NCBI GenBank assembly: GCA_951406725.2
Contig: OX597820.1
Span: 29,822,001-29,886,000 of the forward strand
DNA from: Octopus vulgaris
Lineage: Eukaryota
Direction: 5' to 3'
DNA length: 64,000 nt
The position numbers and the translations under genes are program-made. This document shows, one piece after another, positions 1 through 10,781 of this stretch. The number at the start of each line of letters is the position of its first letter. Position 1 is the stretch's first letter. A model generated the notes under the pieces. That model worked only from the letters and a program-made list of their open reading frames with translations. It was not told where the DNA came from and did no database searches.

Positions 1-77
1 TCTGAATGTTCCACCCTACCTCCTCTACGTGCAAACTCCGTCACCAAATCACCACTCCCGGTCTTTTGCAGACTCAC

Positions 78-191
78 AAGTTGTCTGCAGTTCACACCCC
101 GCTGCAGGCCCCCGCTCACTGTTGCCTTGTGTGTCATCCGAACACGTTTGACTTCTGATTCTTTGTTGGCCTAAAGCTTCATGGCTAATTA
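78..191 (-). CDS. Candidate internal exon (114 nt, phase 1-1), ISHEALGQQRIRSQTCSDDTQGNSERGPAAGCELQTT
   Basis: Minus strand: long pyrimidine tract, then ...gtcatag|TAATT acceptor and ACTT|gtgagt donor. Length divisible by 3, frame open, unique higher-GC sequence. No recognised homology. Confidence 0.4.
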
Positions 192-195
192 CTAT

Positions 196-253
196 GACGA
201 GACGGAGACAGACAGGGAGGGATGGAAGGAGAGAGAGAAAGAGAGAGAGAGAG

Positions 254-296
<43 letters not shown>

Positions 297-1290
297 GAGA
301 AGGAGATGAATGGAGAGAGAGGGAGAGGGAGGGAAAGGAAGATGAAGGGAGAGAGAGGGAGACAAGGGGATAGAGAAAAGCAGAGAGAGAGAGAGAAAGA
401 TACAGAGGCAGGAAAAAAAGAGTGGGAGAGAGAAAGAAAGAAAGAAGAGAGAGAGGGGGAAGAGAGATAGAAAGAGAAGGAGAAGAAGAGAGATAGAGAA
501 AAAGCAACATGAGAGAGAGAGAGAGAGAGGAGACAAAGTGAGACAGAAAAAGAGAGGGAGACAGATAAAAGAAGAAAGACAGAGACAAGAAAAAGAGAAA
601 AAAGAGAAAGAAAGAAAAAAAAGAAAGTAAGAAGGCAGGAAGGAAGAATGTAAGAAAGAGAGAGAGAAAGAGGGATAGGGAGAGGGAGAGGGAGAGGGAG
701 AGAGAGAGAGAGAGAGACAAAGGCAAGACTGAGTGAGGTGATGGTGTTCGGGAGAACAGAAGAAAAGAAATAGGAAAAGAAGAAGAGGAGAGGGAGGAAG
801 AAGAAGAAGAAGAAGAAGGATGTATAAGATGCAATCAGATTAATTTAATGAGGAAAAGAAAACGTTAACCTACGCTGATGGAAGTGGCAAAAGTGGGGGC
901 TGTGGAATATAATAGATAAGGTAGAAAGTATAAGGGTTAAAAGAGAGAGGGAGGGAGATGAGGGAATGACGTGAAAAGGAAAGAGGGAAATAAAGAAGGT
1001 ATAGGAAGTGAGGTGGGAGTGAAGTGGAGTGAAGTGGAGTAACGTGAGTACGTTTGTCGAGAAGTGTCAATTGCATTGAATGAGTCAGAGAGAGAGAGAG
1101 AGAGAGAGAGTAAAAGGAGAAAGATGAGAGTTAGAGAGTGAGGATGAAAGGTGGTGAAAGGTGGGGAAAGAGAAGCGGAATGACTGGGGGAAAAGGTAGG
1201 GAGAGAATGAAGGATGTAGCAATATGGGAGAAACAAGGTTATGGTGACGAGAATAGCATGAGTGACAGAGCCAGGCAGCAAGGCAGCCAG
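196..1290. repeat. ~1.1 kb polypurine (GA/GAAA/GAA) low-complexity tract
   Basis: + strand strongly G/A-rich; (GA)n, (GAAA)n, (GAA)n arrays. Confidence 0.95.
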
Positions 1291-1782
1291 GCAGCCAGAC
1301 AGATAGATAGATTGATAGACGGACGGACGGACGGGTAGATTCCCTGAAAGACAGACGGACAGTGTTCTCGGGCAAGGTGACAGACAAGCAAACAGGCGGG
1401 TAGAGTGACAGATTGACAGTCAGACAGACTGACGGGCGGAGTGACAAATAGACAGCCGGGCAGAGTGACCGACCAACCGACAAACCGACAGAGAGTCGGG
1501 CGGGCGGACGCAGACAACAATATCAGTGACATCACTTCATACACTTCATCACTGCTGACTAATCGCAGAAGAAATGTTCTGCTCGTCTCGTACAAATAAA
1601 TGAATAAATAAATCAATGAATAAATAAATAAACCACAAAACTATCAGTGTTTTTTTTCTTCCATCTTATCGTTTAACTTCTCGAGCTATAAAGGGTAAAA
1701 ATCAACGTGAACCAGGATGCTGGCTTGTGATGTATATGTGGTCGTATGTGTATACTTGTGCATGTATATATATATATATCTA

Positions 1783-2162
1783 TCTATATATAAACGGCAG
1801 TTTGTCTGTGCGTGTTTCTGTGTGTCTGTTTGCTTGTACCCTCACCCTGACCACGGCTTTCAACCGATTCTGATGACACTTGACACACACATAGCCCAAT
1901 GTCATAATTCAAAACTAACGCTGTGAAAATTTTGAAAAGTTCCCCCAGTTCTGAAAAGAATTGATAAATTCGACATGGGGTCGAGAATCAGAAACACGAA
2001 CCACAAACTGTCTAGGGGACGCAACTCCACCTTTTTTAAATCTCAAAAAAAATTTACCATCAATTTTTTCCATTTTTTGGCTATTTTTTGGCTATAACTC
2101 TCTAAAAATGCTTTATAGTTATTTCCCTTACAAACCTGAGCAACGCCGGGCGATACTGCTAG
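1783..2162 (+). mobile_element. Non-autonomous Helitron
   Basis: A|TCTATATATAAA 5' end; 3' end GAGCAACGCCGGGCGATACTGCTAG|T; inserted between A and T with no TSD; same 3' end at 51580-51604. Confidence 0.75.
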
Positions 2163-2184
2163 TATATATATATATATATATATA

Positions 2185-2385
2185 CAGCACGGACTTTGTC
2201 AGTGAACAGGTCGCGGATTTTAGCCACGAAAATATTTTGACAAATTAAACTTAAATGTTGAAGTGAATCGAACGGCTTTTGTGTGTTTCTTAAATGGCTT
2301 ATAAACACCTTCCACGCTGCAATTATTTTCGTTTCAGCACACGATCTCAGATCAAATTACTTGCTATGCGAGTACATCTCCGTAA
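2185..2385 (+). mobile_element. Short Penelope-like pseudo-LTR-derived element in (TA)n
   Basis: Flanked by (TA)n; carries a hammerhead-like motif; same family recurs at 53260-53596. Confidence 0.6.
2195..2244 (+). ncRNA. Minimal type-I hammerhead-like motif, G3:C8 core
   Basis: TTTGTCA-GTGAACA-G-GTCGC-ggatttta-GCCAC-GAAA-ATAT-TT-TGACAAA: 7-bp stem I, partly mismatched stem II, palindromic stem III. Confidence 0.6.
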
Positions 2386-2397
2386 TATATATATATA

Positions 2398-2519
2398 TAC
2401 TTTATTTAAAGCAGCAGAAAATTCAACAAAATCTGTTACTCTGAGTTTCTCGTTGCCGTTCCTGATGATTTGAGTACTCTTTTTTTCCATCTTGTTTCAC
2501 ATTTATGTGTTTACTCCGG

Positions 2520-2521
<2 letters not shown>
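2398..2521 (-). mobile_element. (TA)n-embedded short element with a half-hammerhead remnant; related copy at 3359-3492
   Basis: Minus strand GA-ACG-gcaa-CGA-GAAA-CTCAGAG-TA-ACAG with the 5' core missing; shares ctttatt.aaagca.ca.aaa and gagtact.ttttt.cca.cttgtttc.catttatg with 3359-3492. Confidence 0.45.
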
Positions 2522-2593
<72 letters not shown>

Positions 2594-2662
2594 CCTGCCG
2601 GATTTAGGACGAAACATAAGATGCCTCGTAGAGTTTCACAGTCCGCATGAGCCTCAAAATGA

Positions 2663-2692
<30 letters not shown>

Positions 2693-2693
<1 letters not shown>

Positions 2694-2900
2694 CTTTTAC
2701 TCTTTTACTTGTTTCAGTTATTTGACTGTGGCCACGCTGGAGCACCGTCTTTAGTAGAGCAAATCGACCCCAGGACTTATTCTTTGTAAGCCTAGTACTT
2801 AATCTATCGCTACTTTTGCCGAACCGCTAAGTTATGGGGACGTAAACACACCAGCATCGGTTGTCAAGCGATGTTGGGGGGGGGACAAACACAGACACAC
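2693..2900 (-). mobile_element. tRNA-derived SINE family A, 3' half
   Basis: Reverse complement of the family A tail ending ...ctgaaacaagtaaaagagtaaaag. Confidence 0.85.
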
Positions 2901-2935
2901 GAACATATGCACACACGGGTATATACATAAATACA

Positions 2936-2987
<52 letters not shown>

Positions 2988-3071
2988 AATTAATAAATAA
3001 ATAAAACATATGCATATATACATACATATATGTACGTACCTACCTCTACATGTATATATACATGCATATAT

Positions 3072-3348
3072 GGGTACAGGACACCAAAAAACGTCGAACA
3101 CAATGAGAAACGAAAACATAAACACAAAACCAAGGAAATGGACATTTTTCTTAACGAAAAAATAGAGTACAGGACATACAAAACAAGGAAAATTCCCCTT
3201 CTTCAGTCGCCTTTGTTTCATCTACTCCACGTTTCGAAGGTCAAGGCGATACATGACTTTAATGAAACAATCCTTCCCGCGAAAATCAAATTAAATAAAA
3301 TTTGAGATTTTTTTGCGGAGGGGTAAAAATGGTAACAAAAACAGGACA
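3072..3348 (-). mobile_element. Short (TA)n-embedded element, possibly a degenerate Penelope pseudo-LTR
   Basis: Unique ~280 bp between TA tracts; contains CGAAACG and CTGAAGA pieces but no complete ribozyme fold. Confidence 0.35.
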
Positions 3349-3544
3349 TATATATATATACTTTATTAAAAAGCATCAAAAATATCACAAAAAAAGTTTT
3401 ACTGCTTTTCAATAAAGCATATTACTCTACCTCTGGTATTCGAGTACTATTTTTTCCACCTTGTTTCGCATTTATGCGCTTACTCTGGTGTATGAATATA
3501 TATATATATATATTTATAATAAGATTAGATCGTATACAAGTGGG

Positions 3545-3843
3545 TATATATTTGTAAAAAAGAAGTTTGAAAATGCCACTATATTAGATAAATTTTAATT
3601 TTTACATTTTTACATGTATATAGCATGGACTCTATTGAATGTATGTAACAATTATGAACTGTTCCATTATACTTTTTATGTATATAGCATGGACTCTATT
3701 GAATGTATGAAACAATTATGAACTATTCCATTATACTCTTTATTATAAAAAAATTATTTTTGATAAGGTTCGTTATTTCAAGAACCGAAACATGTAAAAA
3801 TTAAAATGTATCTAATATAGTGGCATTTTCAAACTTCTTTTTT

Positions 3844-3855
<12 letters not shown>
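3545..3855. mobile_element. Fold-back element with ~65-bp inverted arms and an internal ~64-bp tandem duplication
   Basis: 3545-3617 is the reverse complement of 3790-3855; atgtatatagcatggactctattgaatgtatg... occurs twice in 3614-3740. Confidence 0.8.
3756..3802 (+). ncRNA. Minimal hammerhead-like motif, U3:A8 core
   Basis: ATTT-TTGATAA-GGTTC-gttatttcaa-GAACC-GAAA-CATG-TA-AAAATT: perfect 5-bp stem II, palindromic ACATGT stem III, weak AU stem I. Confidence 0.6.
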
Positions 3856-3906
<51 letters not shown>

Positions 3907-4011
3907 TAAATACACTGCTTTATTTTGAGATTGCTAGTGTTAACAATACGCGCAAGTAAAATACAGACTGGAGTTGTAGTGCTCCAAGTGAGCTATATTC
4001 TACTTAATAGT

Positions 4012-4082
4012 TTTAATGGAGGCAATGCAAGCGGAAACTAGAGGAACATAATTAAATTTCCGCTAACATTGCCTCCATTGAA
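4012..4082. repeat. ~26-bp-arm inverted repeat in a (TA)n-flanked element
   Basis: ttaatggaggcaatgcaagcggaaa versus tttccgctaacattgcctccattga. Confidence 0.85.
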
Positions 4083-4124
4083 ATTAAGTGGTATATATAT
4101 ATATATATATAAATTAACAGAATG

Positions 4125-4535
4125 GGCGCAGGAGTGGCTGTGTGGTAAGTAGCTTGTTTACCAACCACATGGTTCCGGGTTCAGTCCCACTGCGTGGCAC
4201 CTTGGGCAAGTGTCTTCTACTATAGCCTCGGGCCGACCAAAGCCTTGTAGGTGGATTTGGTAGACGGAAACCGAAAAGAAGCCCGTCGTATATATGTATA
4301 TATATATATATATGCGTGTGTGTGTTTGTGTGTCTGTGTTTGTCCCCCTAGCATTGCTTGACAACCGATGCTGGTGTGTTTATGTCCCCGTTACTTAGCG
4401 GTTCGGCAAAACAGACCGATAGAATAAGTACTGGGCTTACAAAACAATAAGTCCCGGGGTCGAGTTGCTCGATTAAAGGCGGTGCTCCAGCATGGCCGCA
4501 GTCAAATGACTGAAACAAGTAAAAGAGAAAAGAGA
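4125..4535 (+). mobile_element. tRNA-derived SINE family A, full length with 9-bp TSD
   Basis: Box A-like tggctgtgtggt, box B-like ggttcagtcc; TSD AACAGAATG at 4116-4124 and 4536-4544. Confidence 0.9.
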
Positions 4536-4594
4536 AACAGAATGAGATAAAAATCCAAGGCTGTGAAAGATTTCAGAACATTTATAAAGAGAAT

Positions 4595-4642
4595 GTCTTA
4601 CAGTTGTTTCTGGGATATTTCATATATACCTTCATCGGAGAC
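4595..4642 (-). ncRNA. Minimal hammerhead-like motif, CCGAUGA core
   Basis: Minus strand GTCT-CCGATGA-A-GGTATAT-atgaa-ATATCC-CA-GAAA-CAACTG-TA-AGAC; stem III one mismatch from palindrome CAGCTG. Confidence 0.6.
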
Positions 4643-5161
4643 GGTTAAGAAAATGGTTAAGCAATAGTTATTCTAGAAAAGATATGAAATAGAGAGTGAA
4701 GTGGAGGAATGAAAATAGACGTGAGATATGCAGGGATATTGCATCTGCAGTTCCATTATTTAGGCAGAATGGTATACATATAAGATCTTATATAATATCT
4801 TATCCTGCCTGAGTAATAGAACTTGTGTGATCAATACAGCTTGCGCTTTGGACCAGCCCCTTGGCATAAAATACTCGTAAGAAATATTTCTACTGGATGT
4901 ACTTCAGTACCCAGTATATTTATTCGACTAAAGGTGTTGTTTACAAGTTAATTCGACCCAACATGGTGCATATCATTTAAGTGCCTGATTCTATTCTGAA
5001 TCCTTAATATTAATATTATACATACATACACACATACACACATACATACATACATACATACATACATACATACATACATACATACATACATACATACATA
5101 CATACATACATACACACATACATTAACTTGTAGATACATACATATATACATAGAGATTAAC

Positions 5162-5216
<55 letters not shown>

Positions 5217-5536
5217 CATACATACATACATACATACATACATACATACATACATACATACATACATAAGTCGAAAAACGACTTAAGTCGAATTAACTTG
5301 TCTCTAGGCTAGGCTAGGCTGAATTTACTTGTCTCTAGGCAAAACCGATAATAACCATTCCAAGTTCCTGTACTTTGTTTTTTGAACGGATTTTCAATAA
5401 TACATGGTTAATAAAATCCTATTTTAAGCTTGCAAACAAATAATTTTTATTTCTCAATACAGTACAGTAAAAAAAAATGTAATCTAAATTTAAGAATACA
5501 ATCTGCCGGTTTTTACTGTACATCGCGGACGCGCTA

Positions 5537-5765
5537 GGCGGCGAGCTGGCAGACATGTTAGCGCGCCGGGCGAATGCTTAGCGGTATTTCATCTGCCGTT
5601 ACGTTCTGAGTTCAAACTCCGCCGAGGTCGACTTTGCCTTTCATCCTTTCGCGGTCGATAAATTAAGTACCAGTTACGCACTGGGGTCGATGTAATCGAC
5701 TTAATACCTATGTCTGTCCTTGTTTGTCCCCTCTATGTTAAGCCCCTTGTGGGCAATAAAGAAAT
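5537..5765 (+). mobile_element. tRNA-derived SINE family B, full length
   Basis: ggcggcgagctggcag...gagttcaaa...gcctttcatcctttcgcggtcgataaattaagtaccag...ccccttgtgggcaataaagaaata. Confidence 0.9.
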
Positions 5766-5860
5766 ATATTTATGATTGCGGCTTGCAATAAGAAATGGTG
5801 AAATAAAAACCATTTTGAAGCTTAAAAAATAAATTCGGTAATTATTATTATTTTACAATA

Positions 5861-6103
5861 CTCTTGCTCTTTACTCTTTTACTCTTTTACTTGTTTCAGT
5901 CATGTGACTGTGGCCATGCCGGAGCACCGCCTTTAGTCGAGCAAATCAACCCTAGGACTTATCCTTTGTAAGCCTAGTACTTATTCTATCGGTGTCTTTT
6001 GCCGAACCGCTAAGTTACGGGGACGTAAACACACCACCATCGGTTGTCAAGCGATGTTGGTTGGGGGGGGGGGACAAACACAGACACACAAAAATACACA
6101 CAC

Positions 6104-6138
<35 letters not shown>

Positions 6139-6411
6139 CACGACGGGCTTCTTTCAGTTTCCGTCTACCAAATCGGTTGTCAAGCGATGTTGGGGGGACA
6201 AGCACACGCACACACACACACACACACACATATGCATATACATATACACGACGGGCTTCTTTCAGTTTCCGTCTACCAAATCCACTCACAAGGCTTTGGT
6301 CGGCCCGAGGCTATAGTAAAAGACACTTGCCCAAGGTGCCACGTAGTGGGACTGAACGCGGAACCATGTGGTTCGTAAGCAAGCTACTTACCACAGAGCC
6401 ACTCCTACACC
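5861..6411 (-). mobile_element. SINE family A with internal tandem duplication
   Basis: atcggttgtcaagcgatgttgg...ccgtctaccaaatc segment present twice (about 6039-6174 and 6172-6282). Confidence 0.9.
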
Positions 6412-6470
6412 TAATAGTAAAAGAAAACTAAGAAAAAAAATTTACCAATACGTACATACAATTTGGTGGT

Positions 6471-6911
6471 TTACATCGCGGATGTAGATGGCTGTGGATC
6501 GTCAACATCAACAGCTGACTCTGGTTGTTCTTGTTGTTTGATGCGCTCAAAAAATCGGTTGAGAATTCCTTGAACTGTCTTCTTCTTTTCCTCGAGAATT
6601 ACATTATAAAGAGCAAAAGCTTTGTGACAAGCCTCCATAAGCTTGGAAAAACGCTGAGCATTTGGATCCATATCCTCGAACATAGAAAGACCTTTTATGA
6701 TATATGCAAATGTTTGCTGCATTTTCTTAATGGTAAAATGACGCGGCTCAGGTTCGACTTCCTCTTCTTTATTTTGCTGCTCGTGAAGCTCTATAAAATC
6801 TTGGTTCGTCAGGAGCTGCTTGTCTTTTTCAAATAAATCCGTGAAATCCTTCTCCTCCAAATCCATTTCCAGTTCTTTGCCCGTAGTCACTATCAAACAC
6901 CTTAAAATCAA
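6471..6911 (-). pseudogene. Tigger/pogo transposase C-terminal remnant
   Basis: ELEMDLEEKDFTDLF...LTNQDFIEL...FEDMDPNAQRFSK...LEEKKKTVQGILNRFF resembles the TIGD/Tigger1 C-terminus; no DDE domain. Confidence 0.75.
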
Positions 6912-7299
6912 TCACGAATTGATTTTATGTGCTTTTAACGGTTTTCTAGTGATTTTCCAATATTTGAGGCGGACAGACGTAAAGTCGAGTAAAACTACTT
7001 AACTTGATTTTTTTTTTTCCTTATATTATTTTTGAAAACCGACATATAATCGAGAACGGCTTAAATCGAAACGACTTAAGCCGAGGTATGCCTGCATATG
7101 TGTGTGTGTGCGTGTGACGGTGTGTGTATGTGTGTGTGTGAGAGAGAGAGAGAGTGTGTGTGTGTGTATGTATATGCATATATTAACATATACTCACACA
7201 CTTATACAAATTACTGTGTCGACCAGACTGTCGGATCTTGTTTCACAATGCGGTTCCTCGCATTGTTGCATCTTTCAAATGATGCCACCCTGCTGGCTG

Positions 7300-7490
7300 G
7301 GCGGTAGGCTAATATTTCCCTTTGAACGGGATACCATTCCACCGTCGCAGAGTTACCCATTTGCAGCCAAGTGAACTGGAATAACGTGATATGAAGTGTT
7401 TTGTTCAAGAACACAACGCATTGCTTGTTTAAGAATCGAGACAACGACCTTGCTATGGTGAATACTCTTCCTATCAAACTATCTACACCA
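7300..7490 (-). mobile_element. Diverged CORE-like SINE (family C)
   Basis: Reverse complement tgtgttcttgaacaaaacacttcatatcacgttattccagttcactt matches 25818-25862. Confidence 0.7.
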
Positions 7491-7550
7491 AGTCTTTTAA
7501 AATTATACATACACGTGTATGTACTCGCATATATATACATGCGTATTTAC

Positions 7551-7942
7551 AGGAGTAGCTGTGTGGTAAGTAGCTTGTTTACCAGCTACATTGGTCCGGG
7601 TTCAGTCCCACTGTGTGGCATCTTGGGCAAGTGTCTTCTACTATAGCCTCGAGCCGACCAAAGCCTTGTGAGTGGATTTGGTAGACAGAAACTGAAAAAA
7701 GCCCGTCGTATATATGTATATGTATACATAAATGTATGTGTATGAGTATATGTTTGTGTGTCTGTGTTTGTCCTCCCAACATCGCTTGACAACCGATGCT
7801 GGTGTGTTTACGTCTCCGCAACCTAGCGGTTCGGCAAAAGAGAATGATAGAATAAGACTAAGTCCTGGGGTCGGTTTGCTCCACTAAAGGCGGTGCTCCA
7901 GCATGGCCGCAGTCAAATGACTGAAACAAGTAAAAGAGTAAA
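7551..7942 (+). mobile_element. SINE family A
   Basis: Colinear with 4125-4535. Confidence 0.9.
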
Positions 7943-7983
7943 GTGTATATACATGTACTGTAACACTACTCCTGACCTATCTA

Positions 7984-8660
7984 TTGGGTTGACAATTAAG
8001 TTTCCGACGTCTTTTTAAATTTTGGAATTTATTGCGTTTTCAAATTTAGGAATCTATTTTTTTCGAGAATTCTATTTTTAAATCATGTTGGAATCTATGT
8101 TGTTTTTTAGTTAATTTTTGTTTATTTTCAGATCATTAAAATGGAATGTCAAGTTAAGAAAAACGAGCATTTTCGACACTTCCTTCTTTTTGCTTTTAAT
8201 CAAGGTTCTAAGGCCGCAAAAGCTGCTCGTGACATTTGTGCTGTGTCTGCAGAAGGTGCCATAGCTGAAAGAACCGCTCGTGATTGGTATGCCAAGTTCA
8301 AAAATGGAAATTTTGACCTCAAAGACGCACCTCGTTCTGGCCGTTCAGTTGAGTTCGATGAAGAACGATTAAACCAACTTTTGCACGAAAATTCTCGTCA
8401 AACGACATGGGAACTGGTAGAGAAAATGGAATGCTCTCACATTGCTATAGAGAAGTATCTTTACTCGATGGGAAAAGTTCAGAAGCATGGGTTCAGCATG
8501 CTTTAAGTGACAACAACAAAAATCAACGAGCCACAATCTCCGCTGGTTTGCTTGCTCGTCACCGCTCAACTCACGGACACAAGCAACGATTTCCTTACCG
8601 AATCGATACTGGCGACGAAAAATGGTGCCTGTACATCAATATGAAGCAGCGTATGGCTGG
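7984..8660 (+). mobile_element. 3'-truncated mariner element (mellifera-like TIR)
   Basis: TA-TTGGGTTGACAATTAAGT TIR-like start followed by a transposase. Confidence 0.85.
8141..8652 (+). pseudogene. Mariner transposase N-terminal half, frameshifted
   Basis: HTH ...ERTARDWYAKFKNGNFDLKDAPRSGR; WVQHAL (WVPHEL motif) and TGDEKW (first catalytic Asp) in the shifted frame; truncated afterwards. Confidence 0.9.
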
Positions 8661-8702
8661 GAATTTTTCGAGTCGAAATCGGGTGCATATGAGCACTATA
8701 TA

Positions 8703-8916
8703 CAAAGGGGTGCTGTAAAGTTCCTGGCTTTGGGTAAGAGAAAATACAGGAGCTGTTGATTATGATTTTATTCAAGATATTTCCATTTCAGATTCACACA
8801 CTTATTGCACCGGTCCTTCTGCTTTTCTAAGCCCTTTAAAAGAACTCAGAAAGTTGGACCTGCAACCAGGCCTTCCGCGACACCTTTAAAACCAGGAACC
8901 TCTCAGCACCCCCTTG
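8703..8916. mobile_element. Mariner-type MITE with ~30-bp TIRs and TA TSD
   Basis: TA-CAAAGGGGTGCTGTAAAGTTCCTGGCTT ... AAACCAGGAACCTCTCAGCACCCCCTTG-TA. Confidence 0.85.
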
Positions 8917-8964
8917 TATAAAAAAAAAAACTGATTATTACGAAAGGGTGAAACTAGTTTTTTC

Positions 8965-9385
8965 TCTAAGTCACCAAGACCTCGACTTTTCCTAGCGTCA
9001 GGTGAAAACGAAAGTAAGGGTATCGAAGTAAATGCTATCGCTCAGCAAATTTGTTGAAAGACAAATGAGAGTGGCGAGTTTGATACCACCGAACGAATCT
9101 GCTTTGAGCATGCGCCTGCCAACTGGAGAACAACTGGGAGAGTACATTTGCTGCAGTGGCCAGAGTGACTTGTGGTTTTGTAGGATTTCCACGAGTAGCT
9201 CTCAGAGGCCTCCCCACCTTCTGAAGGGAATTTTCTTTGTTATAATTTTATTATTACAGTGCTTTGTTTATTTTTTTTTTTTTTACATTTTGTTTACACG
9301 CAAAATTCCCTATTTGTTTCCTGTTATATTCCGCTTGTAATATCCTCATTTTTTTGTGCACACTGGTGGCTAACAAAGAAATCAT
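8965..9385 (+). mobile_element. 3' end of a non-LTR retrotransposon (Tx1/L1-like, inferred)
   Basis: Peptide KFVERQMRVASLIPPNESALSMRL aligns with RSVNVVRMSHVNGPTLIIRL* at 9511; T-rich UTR ending gtggctaacaaagaaat, then (ACC)n/(ATC)n. Confidence 0.5.
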
Positions 9386-9426
9386 CACCACCACCACCAC
9401 CACCACCACCACCACCACCATCGTCG

Positions 9427-9493
<67 letters not shown>

Positions 9494-9510
9494 TGTTATT
9501 ATTATTGTTA

Positions 9511-9810
9511 GGTCGGTGAATGTGGTGAGGATGTCCCATGTGAATGGGCCTACTCTGATCATACGCTTGTAAACCGGAAAGGTTAAGGAGGAGGGAGGTG
9601 CCTACCTGAGGTGCCCTAGGTGGTCGGGGTATCCAGGATGTGTGGGATTCCTCGGCTGGTCTTGGCTTGAACTCCTCCTTTATTATTGTCTTTTTTTATT
9701 CTATACATATATTTTTGTGCCAAGCCCAACTCGTCCTTTGTCTCGTATTAACCCATTTTGTTTTGTGTTCGGCCCTTGTGGCCAATAAAAAAAAGATTAT
9801 TATTATTATC
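9511..9810 (+). mobile_element. Second 3'-end fragment of the same LINE family
   Basis: Short ORF end, stop, UTR ending cccttgtggccaataaa...gattattatt; (ATT)n on both sides. Confidence 0.5.
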
Positions 9811-10016
9811 ATTGCCTTTGCGCAGCTTTTATTGTGGACTGAGAGACTGGTTTATCAGAGACCCCCGCCACACTTTCTTTTTTTTTTTTATCAGAAGGAG
9901 GTAGTGAGGCTATAGAGCCTTGCTTCGCTTGAGAGCAAATAATATAAATTTTGTCCTATTGTAAAAATGTACTATGGTGTCAGCTGTTCACTACCAGTGA
10001 ACTAAAGAAACACCTC

Positions 10017-10568
10017 TTATTTTTCGAGCACCTTCCGGAGTATTCGAGCGGTTCCAAGCAGTGCTGTTTTCTGCAAGTGATCCACCTTTATTGGAGCCCC
10101 TATTTGTTCCATGTACTTCTCAAGAGTTTTAGTCACTGTTCCTAAGGCTCCTATAATTATTGGTACTACTACCACCTTTTTCATTGACCACAACTGCTTA
10201 ACCTCCCAAGCTAACCTGTCTTTCTTCCTTATCGCATACCTTGCTGTCAGCTGGGAATGCTATATCTATGATCCAGCACAGTTTGCTTTCTTTCTCAATT
10301 AAGACTATGTCTGGCTTCCTATTCTTTATCTCATGGTCGCAGTGAATCATAAAATCCCACAGGATCTTTGCATTATTATTTTCGATGATGCCTTTGGGTT
10401 TGTGGTCGTACCAACTTTTTGCTTTGTCAAGTCCATACTTGTTGCAAAGTATCCAATGGAAAACCTTGCTATATTGTCGTGGCGTCTCTTATATTCTTTC
10501 TGGGCTAGTGGCATACATTGGCAGCTAATATGCCATACGGTTTCACCATTTTGTCCACAGATTCTGCA
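10017..10568 (-). pseudogene. R4/Dong-type LINE C-terminus: CCHC knuckle plus restriction-like endonuclease
   Basis: Manual translation with frameshifts: CRICGQNGETVWHI...LAQKEYKRRHDNIAR...KILWDF...NRKPDIVLIEK...CWIIDIAFP...VVVVPIIIGALG...LQKTALLGTARILRKVLEK*; abuts (ATC/ATT)n. Confidence 0.85.
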
Positions 10569-10574
10569 ATTATT

Positions 10575-10691
<117 letters not shown>

Positions 10692-10781
10692 TCAACTAGC
10701 AATAACCACGCCTCGGATAACCCTCATTGGCTATGGTACCGCCTCTGCGTATCATCATCATTATTATTATTATTGTTATTA

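Larger units (their letters stand above)
5267..7094 (-). mobile_element. Internally deleted pogo/Tigger DNA transposon interrupted by SINEs
   Basis: Terminus CAGGCATACCTCGGCTTAAGTCG at 7094 resembles the Tigger1 TIR; subterminal cgacttaagtcg at both ends; transposase C-terminus inside. Confidence 0.75.

Noticed and set aside
1525-1565. Short similarity to 28745-28778 (tcatac.cttcat.actg..gac)
   Set aside because: About 30 bp at modest identity in low-complexity context; not demonstrably significant.
1868-1880. Isolated CTGANGA matches (1870, 35920, 37264, 58701)
   Set aside because: No downstream stem II plus GAAA and no closing stem I.
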